Source of the DNA: an uncultured Chloroflexia bacterium
GTDB taxonomy: Bacteria; Chloroflexota; Anaerolineae; Promineifilales; UBA4811
Length of the DNA stretch: 64,000 nucleotides
Assembly (NCBI GenBank): GCA_963707345.1
Contig: CAVPPE010000003.1
Coordinates: 128,072 to 192,071 of the forward strand
Direction: 5' to 3'
Shown: positions 45,899 through 53,585 of the stretch, one piece after another
Position numbering within the stretch: the first letter of the stretch is position 1
Layout of the letters: every line of letters starts with the position of its first letter
Program-made: the position numbers and the translations under genes
Notes under the pieces: generated by a model
The model's input: only the letters and a program-made list of their open reading frames with translations
Told to the model about the DNA's origin: nothing
Database searches by the model: none

Positions 45899-47252
45899 GC
45901 GCGAGTGGCGGGAAGGCGTGGCGGCCGAGCGGGGCGCGCCGGGCGAACCCCCGTGCCCCGAGTGTGGCGGTTTTGGGTTTGTCACCCCGGCCGTGCCGCC
46001 GGGCGATCCCCTGTTCGGCCGGGCGGTTCCGTGTCGGTGCCAGCAGGAGGCCCTCGAAGCGCGGCGGCTGGCACAACTGGGCTCCATCAGCCAACTGGAC
46101 GCGCTCCAGCATCAGACCTTTGCATCCTTCCGGCCGGAGGGCATTGGCCTGACCGATGACAAGCGGTTGAACCTGCGGCTGGCGCATGAGAATTGCCTGC
46201 GCTTTGCCGAGGAGCCCCGGGGCTGGATCCTGTTGCGCGGCGGATTTGGTTGCGGCAAAACCCACCTGGCAGCCGCCATTGCCAATCACCACCTGGCGCT
46301 GGGCCGGCCGGTCATCTTTGTCACCGCACCCGATCTCTTGGACTTTTTGCGGGCCACCTTTGCCCCCGATTCGGCCGTTGCCTTTGACCAGCGCTTTCAG
46401 CAAATCAAAGACACCCCGCTGCTGATTATGGATGACTTTGGCGCAGAGAGCAGCACCCCCTGGGCACAGGAAAAGCTCTTTCAAATCCTCAACCACCGCT
46501 ACAACAGCCGGTTACCTACCATCATTACCACCAACTATGAACTGGAGGAGATTGAGCCACGGGTGCGCTCCCGGCTGGCCGACCCAGGGCTGGTGCAGGC
46601 GATCGCCATTGCCGCGCCGGACTTTCGCCATTCGGGGGTGGACCAGGAACAGTCGGGGCTTTCCAGCCTGAGCTTGCACTATAGCCAGACCTTTACCAGC
46701 TTTAGCCTGCGCCAGGGCGAACTCCCGATGGGCGAACAGGATAACCTCAAGCGCGCCTACGATCTGGCCGTTAGCTATGCCCAGTCGCCGGAGAACTGGC
46801 TGGTTTTGACCGGGCCGCACGGGTGCGGCAAGACCCACCTGGCGGCCGCCATCGCCAACCACTGGCGGCCGTTGGGCTATTCCATCCTGTTTATCAGCGT
46901 GCCGGACCTGCTGGATGATCTGCGCGCCACCTTTAGCCCCAGCAGCACTACCAGCTTTGGCAAGCGGTTCAAAGAGATTCGCTCTGCGCCCCATCTGGTT
47001 TTGGACGACCTGGGCACCGAAAGCGCCACCAGTTGGGCGCGGGAAAAACTGTACCAGATTTTTGACTATCGCTACAACGCGCGGCTGCCGACTGTTATTA
47101 CCACCGCTTCCCCTATCGAAGAGCTGGACTCGCGGCTTGCCAGCCGCATGCTGGACCCTACCCACTGCACCATCTTTGGCATTTTGGCGACGAGTTTTCG
47201 GGGGAGCACCCGGCCGCCGGCCGGACCGCGCAGCCGCCGCTCTCGTTCTTAG
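45819..47252 (+). CDS. Tandem-duplicated DnaC/DnaI (IstB-like AAA+) helicase-loader protein with N-terminal Cys4 element
   Basis: There are two complete modules. Module 1 carries QTFASF...GGFGCGKTHLAAAIANH...LLIMDDFG...RLPTIITTN...RVRSRL. Module 2 carries QTFTSF...GPHGCGKTHLAAAIANH...HLVLDDLG...RLPTVITTA...RLASRM. The N-terminus has CPEC...CRC. The start is uncertain: ATG 45819 overlaps the upstream gene by 80 nt, and ATG 45861 is an alternative. Confidence 0.75.
   Translation: MRQVEEILPEIAADMSKASTETSSNTEREWREGVAAERGAPGEPPCPECGGFGFVTPAVPPGDPLFGRAVPCRCQQEALEARRLAQLGSISQLDALQHQTFASFRPEGIGLTDDKRLNLRLAHENCLRFAEEPRGWILLRGGFGCGKTHLAAAIANHHLALGRPVIFVTAPDLLDFLRATFAPDSAVAFDQRFQQIKDTPLLIMDDFGAESSTPWAQEKLFQILNHRYNSRLPTIITTNYELEEIEPRVRSRLADPGLVQAIAIAAPDFRHSGVDQEQSGLSSLSLHYSQTFTSFSLRQGELPMGEQDNLKRAYDLAVSYAQSPENWLVLTGPHGCGKTHLAAAIANHWRPLGYSILFISVPDLLDDLRATFSPSSTTSFGKRFKEIRSAPHLVLDDLGTESATSWAREKLYQIFDYRYNARLPTVITTASPIEELDSRLASRMLDPTHCTIFGILATSFRGSTRPPAGPRSRRSRS
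46113..47230 (+). repeat. Intragenic tandem duplication of the DnaC-like module (period 573 nt)
   Basis: tgcggcaaaacccacctggcagccgccattgccaatcac (46251-46289) differs from tgcggcaagacccacctggcggccgccatcgccaaccac (46824-46862) at only 4 third-codon positions. QTF[AT]SF starts at 46113 and 46686. Confidence 0.8.
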
Positions 47253-47261
47253 GAGATCAGT

Positions 47262-48815
47262 GTGTCCGAAGCCAACCGCTCCTCCACCCAACGACTAGAA
47301 CTCTTTTACCGCATCAGCCTGGAACTGAGCAGCTCGCTAAACCTGGACGATGTGCTGGGCAAGGTGCTCTCGCTGACCATCAAGATGCTGGGGGCGAGCA
47401 AAGGAAGCATCTTTTTGCTCGATAACCTCGGCCGGGTAGTGCGCAGAATCCTGGCGCGGGCGGACCTGCCGCCAGAAGACAGCCGGCAGGTGGTGGCCAA
47501 GGTGATGGACATTGGGCTGGCGGGCTGGGTGTACAAGCATAAAAAGCCTACCCTGATCACCGACACCGATCTGGACCCTCGTTGGGTCACCTTTCCCGAC
47601 GACGCCACCACGCCGCGCTCGGCGCTTTCCGTGCCGTTGCTGCGCGGGCAGCGGGTGGTGGGGTTGCTGACCATGGTGCATCCGGAGCCCAATTCCTTCT
47701 CCGCGTCCGATCTGGAGTTGGCATCCGCGATTGCGGGCTTGGCGGCCGTGGCAGTGGAAAACGCGCGGCTGTTTACGCAGGTCAGTATGGAACGGAAGAC
47801 ACTGGCGGCCGTGTTGCGCAACGTCCGCTCGGCCATCATGGTCACCGACGCTGAAAGCACCATCCTGATGCTCAACCCGCCGGCTTCGACCATCCTGGGG
47901 GTGCGGATGGCGGATGCTATCGGCCGGCCGCTGGCGCAGGTGATTGACAATCCGGACCTGGTGGCGCTGTTCCGCCGGGCTGGGCCCGCTCTGGCAGAGC
48001 CGATGAGCGGTGAGGTGCGCATTGGGCAGCAGGCTACCTACAACGCCTCGCTGGCGCCGGTGCCGGGAGTGGGGTACGCTGTGGCGCTGCACGATGTCAG
48101 CTTTTTGAAGCGGCTGGACGAACTCAAGACCGAGTCGCTGGCGGCCGTCTCCCACGATCTGCGCGGCCCGTTGGGCGTGATCCTGGGCTCGGCCGAGATG
48201 ATGGCGCGCTATACCGATGTGGGCGAGGAGCAAAAAGAGTTCATCGAGTTGATCTCACTCACTGCCGAGCGGATGCGCGGGCTGGTGGAGCGGTTGCTGG
48301 ACCTCTCTCGCATTGAATCGGGGCAGGCGATGGAGTGGCAGGTGATGCCGGTGGCGCAAACGCTGGAAGAGGTGGCCCGCGAGGCCGAAGCGCAGGCGCA
48401 GTTGAAAGGGGTGCGGTTTGCGGCCGATTTCGCACCCGATCTCCCCGCGTTGCGGATTGACCCGCTGCGGCTGGGGCAGGCGGTCGCCAACCTGCTCAAC
48501 AACGCGGTCAAGTACACCCCGGCCGGTGGCAAGGTGTCGCTTTCGGCCGGAGTAGACGACGGCCGCCAGGCGGTGCTCATCCAGGTGGCCGACACCGGGC
48601 CGGGCATCCCTCCAGAGGCCATGGAAGATCTCTTTTCCAAGTTCTTCCGGGTGAACGCGGCCGCCACGGCCGATCAGGAAGGAGCTGGCTTGGGGTTGGC
48701 GATCGTGCGCTCGGTGGTCGAGGCGCACGGCGGCCGGGTCTGGGTGGAGAGCAAGCCGGGTCAGGGTTCCACGTTCATCATTGCGCTTCCCTTCCTCAAA
48801 AAGGCAGATGCATAG
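47262..48815 (+). CDS. GAF-PAS sensor histidine kinase
   Basis: The GTG at 47262 follows aggaga (47251-47256). Domains seen: a GAF region, an H-box (AVSHDLRGPLGVI), NLLNNAVKYT, DTGPGI and GAGLGLAIV. Confidence 0.85.
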   Translation: MSEANRSSTQRLELFYRISLELSSSLNLDDVLGKVLSLTIKMLGASKGSIFLLDNLGRVVRRILARADLPPEDSRQVVAKVMDIGLAGWVYKHKKPTLITDTDLDPRWVTFPDDATTPRSALSVPLLRGQRVVGLLTMVHPEPNSFSASDLELASAIAGLAAVAVENARLFTQVSMERKTLAAVLRNVRSAIMVTDAESTILMLNPPASTILGVRMADAIGRPLAQVIDNPDLVALFRRAGPALAEPMSGEVRIGQQATYNASLAPVPGVGYAVALHDVSFLKRLDELKTESLAAVSHDLRGPLGVILGSAEMMARYTDVGEEQKEFIELISLTAERMRGLVERLLDLSRIESGQAMEWQVMPVAQTLEEVAREAEAQAQLKGVRFAADFAPDLPALRIDPLRLGQAVANLLNNAVKYTPAGGKVSLSAGVDDGRQAVLIQVADTGPGIPPEAMEDLFSKFFRVNAAATADQEGAGLGLAIVRSVVEAHGGRVWVESKPGQGSTFIIALPFLKKADA

Positions 48816-50454
48816 GCTTGATGTAACTACTCAGGCAGTCAGGGGTATTTTGTTCCCTCAACCAAGAGCTTGGGGCAAGCAGCTGCGGCTGGTGATATTC
48901 CTTTTGACCCTGGCGCTGCTGTTGGGGGCCTGCCGGCCGGAAGAGTCGCCGGGGACGGCTACCGCGCCGGATGTTGCCCCGGAGACCGTTTCGCTGGCGC
49001 TGCCCACCCGCTCGCCGTCGCCGGATGACCCGCCCGCCACCCCGGCCGCTACCAACGAGCCGCTGCCCACCGCTACTGCGTCCAGCACGCCGCGCCCGGC
49101 CGTCAGCCCCACGCCGGACCCCACCCGGCCGGGGCAGTTGGAGCCGGGCACCCTGTACCACGTCGTGCAGTATGGCGAGAACCTGGGCCGGATTGCCGAG
49201 CATTACGGCATGAGCCTGCAAATGCTCATGCAGCTCAACGGCATCACCAACCCGGACCTGGTGCACGTGGGGCAGACACTGCTGGTCTCGGCCGGGGCGC
49301 TGCCCGCGGGTCCGGCCGACAAGTTGATCCCCGATAGCGAACTGGTTTACGGCCCCGCCTTTTCCCACTTTGACGTGGCGACCTTTCTCCAGAGCCGCTA
49401 TCCCAACGGCTACCTGCTGCGCTACACTGAGGAGCTGGATGGCCGGGTCTATCGCGGCCCGGAAATCGTGCAGATGGTCGCCCAGCAATTCAGTGTGGGG
49501 CCGCGCCTGCTGCTGGCGCTGCTGGAACTCAAGGCCAACTGGATCACCGAACCCAACCCGCCGGAGGGCACGCTTTTTTACCCGATGGGCAAGCTGGAAA
49601 ACGGCTACGATGGCCTTTACATCCAACTCTGCTGGACCGCCAACCAGCTCAACCGGGGCTACTATGGCTGGCAGGCTGGCTGGCTGCTGAATGTCGAGTT
49701 TGCCGACGACACCCGGATGCAGATGGGACCGACCATCAACGCCGGCACGGCCGGCGTCCAGGCATTCCTGGCGCTGCACAACGCCCCGGCCGTCTGGGAG
49801 TTGCAGGTGAGCCGGGATGGGGGGCTGGCTGCCATCTACCGCGCCTTCTTTGGCGACCCGTTCACCTATGCGGTCGAGCCGCTGATCCCGGCCGGGCTGA
49901 CGCAGCCGGAGATGGCGCTGCCCTGGGAGGCGGAGGTTGAGTGGTTTTTCACCAGCGGGCCGCACGGCGGTTGGGGGAGCTACAGCGGCTGGGCGGCGCT
50001 CGATTTTGTGCCCGGTGGCGAGCAGAATGGTTGCTACGACAGCGACGAGTGGGTGCGGGCCGCCGCTCCCGGCCGGGTGCTGCGAGCCGAGAACGGCGAG
50101 GTGATGGTAGACCTGGACGACGACGGGTTTGAGGGGACCGGCTGGGCGCTGCTGTACATGCACATTGCCAGCCGGGACCGTGTGCCGGTGGGGACCTGGC
50201 TGGAGGCTGGCGACAAGATCGGCCATCCCTCCTGTGAGGGCGGTTTTAGCGATGGCACCCACGTCCATATTGCGCGGCGCTACAACGGCCGCTGGATGGA
50301 GGCCGACGGCCCGGTCCCGTTTGTGATGGACGGCTGGACGCCGACCAGCTACGGTCGCGAGTACGACGGTGCGCTGGTCAAAGGAGACCTGTACCGGGAG
50401 GCGTGGGGCTCCGGCCGGGACTCGGAGTTGAACGGCATCATCGCCGGCCCCTAG
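48808..50454 (+). CDS. LysM domain-containing M23 family metallopeptidase (probable lipoprotein)
   Basis: It has a lipobox-like LLLGAC, a PT-rich linker, a LysM domain (YHVVQYGENLGRIAEHYGMSLQMLMQLNGI) and a C-terminal M23 pattern (ALDFVPGG...GTHVHIARR). The start is uncertain. Confidence 0.75.
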   Translation: MHRLDVTTQAVRGILFPQPRAWGKQLRLVIFLLTLALLLGACRPEESPGTATAPDVAPETVSLALPTRSPSPDDPPATPAATNEPLPTATASSTPRPAVSPTPDPTRPGQLEPGTLYHVVQYGENLGRIAEHYGMSLQMLMQLNGITNPDLVHVGQTLLVSAGALPAGPADKLIPDSELVYGPAFSHFDVATFLQSRYPNGYLLRYTEELDGRVYRGPEIVQMVAQQFSVGPRLLLALLELKANWITEPNPPEGTLFYPMGKLENGYDGLYIQLCWTANQLNRGYYGWQAGWLLNVEFADDTRMQMGPTINAGTAGVQAFLALHNAPAVWELQVSRDGGLAAIYRAFFGDPFTYAVEPLIPAGLTQPEMALPWEAEVEWFFTSGPHGGWGSYSGWAALDFVPGGEQNGCYDSDEWVRAAAPGRVLRAENGEVMVDLDDDGFEGTGWALLYMHIASRDRVPVGTWLEAGDKIGHPSCEGGFSDGTHVHIARRYNGRWMEADGPVPFVMDGWTPTSYGREYDGALVKGDLYREAWGSGRDSELNGIIAGP

Positions 50455-50460
50455 CGCACG

Positions 50461-51228
50461 ATGCTTTCCCTGGAGCGGCAGAACGCCTACCGCGACCGCC
50501 TCCGCTCCCGCTGGCCCAACTGGCGGCCGGCGACCGAGTTGTACGAGGCGACTATCCGCCAGTATCTGCGGCCGGGCGTCCGCCTGCTGGACGTAGGCTG
50601 CGGCCGGGGCGGGGTGGTGGAGCAACTGGACGGCGCGGGCCATTGGCCGGCCGGGGTGGACCCCGATCTCCGTTCATTGCGAGAACACCGGCTGGGTCTG
50701 CCCCGCGCTACTGCCCTGCTGGACCTACTCCCCTTTCCGGCCGGCAGCTTTGACCTGCTGATCGCCAGTTGGGTGCTGGAGCACCTGCCCCGGCCGGCGG
50801 CCGCCCTGGCCGAGGCGGCCCGCGTGCTGCGCCCCGATGGCCATTTGATCCTGCTGACGCCCAATGCCAACCATCCGCTGGCGCTGGTCAACCGGCTGCT
50901 GGCGCGGATGGCCCCGTGGCAGGCAAGCCTGATCGCCCATCTGTACGGCCGGGCGGAGGTGGATGCTTTTCCGGTCTTTTACCGGGCCAACACCCCGGCC
51001 TGCTTGCGCGGACTGGCTGTGGCGGCCGGGCTGCGCCCGCTGGCGCTGCACACCATCCCCGACCCGACTTACCTGGCTTTCAACGACCCGCTCTTTGAAC
51101 TGAGTTGCGCGCTGGAGTGCGTCCTGCCGGCCGGCTGCGCGGTCCACATCGTGGCGGATTTGGTCAAGGTGTGCGAAAATGGAGCCAGAGGCGAGGGGCG
51201 AGAGACGTTAAAGGTAACCGTGGCTTGA
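50461..51228 (+). CDS. Class I SAM-dependent methyltransferase
   Basis: It carries motif I (LLDVGCGRGG) and a downstream LRPDGHLILLTPN. Confidence 0.7.
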   Translation: MLSLERQNAYRDRLRSRWPNWRPATELYEATIRQYLRPGVRLLDVGCGRGGVVEQLDGAGHWPAGVDPDLRSLREHRLGLPRATALLDLLPFPAGSFDLLIASWVLEHLPRPAAALAEAARVLRPDGHLILLTPNANHPLALVNRLLARMAPWQASLIAHLYGRAEVDAFPVFYRANTPACLRGLAVAAGLRPLALHTIPDPTYLAFNDPLFELSCALECVLPAGCAVHIVADLVKVCENGARGEGRETLKVTVA

Positions 51229-51240
51229 AAAGGAGAGGAG

Positions 51241-52287
51241 ATGAGGCAACCGGCGATTGACCTGGATGGCACGATGGATTTTTTGACTCGCTTGCTGAAC
51301 ACCCCCAGCCCGACCGGCTATACTGAAGTGGCAATTGACCTGGTGGCCGAGGCATTTGGCGCATTTCCGTTGACCCTCGGCCGGACGGTCAAGGGGGCGC
51401 TGGTGGGGCGCTGGCAGGGTGCGGCGGCCGACGAGCCGCGGGCGCTGACCGCGCACGTGGACACGCTGGGGGCGATGGTGGCCGAACTACAAAAGCGCGG
51501 CCGGGTCAAGCTGACCCAGATCGGCGGCTATAGCTGGAACTCGGTCGAGGGGGAGGGGGTGACGGTGCTGACGGCCGACGGCCGGCGCTATCGCGGCACC
51601 ATCCTGCCCACCAAAGCCTCGGTCCACGCCTTTGGCAAGGAATCGGCCGAGCAGGAGCGCAAGCAGGAGAATATGGAGGTGCGGCTGGACGTGCGGGCCG
51701 AGACGGCCGACGAGTTGCGCGCACTGGGGATCGAGGTGGGCGATTTTGTGGCGCTCGACCCGCGGGCCGAGGTCACCGAGAGCGGCTTTGTCCGCTCCCG
51801 CCATCTGGACGACAAGGCGGGGGTGGCCTGCATCTACGGCGCGCTCAAGGCGCTGGTGGACGCCGGGCTGCGGCCGGCGCAGCGGCTGACGGTCCACATC
51901 AGCAATTACGAGGAGCACGGCCACGGCGCGGCCGCTGGCATCCCGGCCGAGGTGGTCGAGTTGCTGACGGTGGACATGGGGGTGCCGGGCGAGCATCAGA
52001 ACAGCGACGAGTACACGGTCAGCATCTGCGCCAAGGATTCCGGCGGGCCGTACCACATCGACATGCGGCGCAAGCTGGTGGCGCTGGCCCAGGCGGCCGG
52101 CATCGGCTACAAGGTGGACGTCTATCCCTTTTACGGCTCCGACGGCGAGGCTTTCTGGCGGGCCGGCGGCGACGTGCGGTTGGGGCTGATCGGGCCGGGG
52201 GTGGACGGTTCGCACGCCTACGAGCGGACCCACCGCGACTCGCTGGAGCAGACCATCCGGCTGATTGTGGCCTATCTGTTGGACTAA
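51241..52287 (+). CDS. M42 family metallopeptidase (glutamyl aminopeptidase/FrvX-like)
   Basis: 348 aa, with the ATG after aaaggagaggag. Blocks AHVDTLG, SRHLDDKAGVA, YEEHGHGAA and the C-terminal SHAYERTH are typical of M42. Confidence 0.8.
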   Translation: MRQPAIDLDGTMDFLTRLLNTPSPTGYTEVAIDLVAEAFGAFPLTLGRTVKGALVGRWQGAAADEPRALTAHVDTLGAMVAELQKRGRVKLTQIGGYSWNSVEGEGVTVLTADGRRYRGTILPTKASVHAFGKESAEQERKQENMEVRLDVRAETADELRALGIEVGDFVALDPRAEVTESGFVRSRHLDDKAGVACIYGALKALVDAGLRPAQRLTVHISNYEEHGHGAAAGIPAEVVELLTVDMGVPGEHQNSDEYTVSICAKDSGGPYHIDMRRKLVALAQAAGIGYKVDVYPFYGSDGEAFWRAGGDVRLGLIGPGVDGSHAYERTHRDSLEQTIRLIVAYLLD

Positions 52288-52293
52288 TCGGCC

Positions 52294-53585
52294 GTGAAGC
52301 GGCTGGCGCTGCTGTTGGCCCTGGCGTTGGCGCTGCGCCTCTGGCTGGCCCCCATGCGCGGCCACGTCCACGACGTGACCCAGTTCAAGCTGTGGGCCGA
52401 GGCGCTCTCGGCCGGGGAGCCGCTGTCCATTTACGCCACCAGCAGCGCCAACTATCCGCCGCTGGCGCTGCTGCCACTGTGGGTGGTCGGCTCGCTGTAC
52501 CGGCTGGCGGTCCCTGATTTTGCCGATTCCGACTGGTTAACGGCGTTTATCAAGCTGCCGGCCGTGGCGGCCGATCTGCTGACCGTCTATATCATTTACC
52601 GGCTGGTGGCAAAGCGCCACAGCGCACGCCGCGGGGCGTGGATGGCGCTGCTCTGCGCGGCCGGCTATGCGTTCAACCCGGCCGTCTGGTACCTCAGTGG
52701 CTGGTGGGGGCAGTTGGAGGCGCTCTATGCGCTGCCCATGCTGCTGGCGGTGGCGGCGCAGGCCGAGGGGCGACTCCGGCCGGGCTTGGGGCTGGCTGGC
52801 GGCGGCCGTGCTGGTCAAGCCGCAGGCGGCCGTGATTGCGCCCGCTCTGCTGGTGAGCGGGTTTTCAGAGAGAGAGGACGCGCGCGGCGGCGGATTGGTG
52901 ACCGCGCTGAAGACCATCGCCCCGGCCGCAGCGGTCCTCCTGATCGTGCTGGGCCCGCTGGCGCTGGCCGGGCCGGGTGGACTGCCGGCCCTGTGGGCGC
53001 AACTGCGGGCCTCGGCCGGGCGGCAGGGGTTCCTGACGATGAACGCGCACAACCTGTGGTTCCTGCTGACTGCCGGCCGGGGCAGCTTCGCCGCGCGGCG
53101 GGGCGGAGCCGCTGCTGGACAACCGGCCGCTGCTGGGACCGCTGACCGGCTGGCACCTGGGGCTGATCCTGCTGGCGGGCTGGACGGCGCTGGTCTGTTG
53201 GGCGCTGTGGCGGCGGGGTGTGGGGCGGTCCGTGATTGCCGCCGACGTGTACGGGGCGGCAGCCGCGCTGGTGTATGGCTGGTACATGCTGCCGGCCGAG
53301 GCGCACGAGCGCTACCTGTTTCCGGCGCTGGCGCTGCTGGCCCCGCTGCTGCCGGCCGGGGCGTGGGCCCGCCGGCTGTGCGCGCTGCTGAGCGCGACGC
53401 TGCTGCTCAATTTGCTGTGGGTGGACCCGGCCGTGCCGCTCCCCTGGTACGCGGAGCAACTGGGGTGGGGGATGCCGACCGCGCTGCTCAACACGGCTGT
53501 TGGGATGGCCTGGGTGGTGAAGATCGTGCGCGGCCGGCCGGGGGTTAGGCCAGTTGCAGGCGGGCCTGCGCCAGGGCGTTGCTGA
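52294..53585 (+). pseudogene. GT-C-type membrane glycosyl/mannosyltransferase (DUF2029/PMT_2-like), frame-disrupted twice
   Basis: The coherent polytopic protein is spread over three frames. Frame 1 runs to about 52780 (..LLAVAAQAEGR). Frame 2 covers about 52785-53095 (AWGWLAAAVLVKPQAAV...NAHNLWFLLTAGRGSFA). Frame 0 runs from about 53100 (EPLLDNRPLLGPLTGWHLGLILLAGW...). An NYPPL motif is present. Confidence 0.6.

Noticed and set aside
48796-50643. A 615-aa minus-strand ORF antisense to the LysM/M23 peptidase gene
   Set aside because: Its composition (Arg/Pro/Gly/Ala/Gln-rich) is non-protein-like, and the plus-strand gene carries LysM and M23 motifs.
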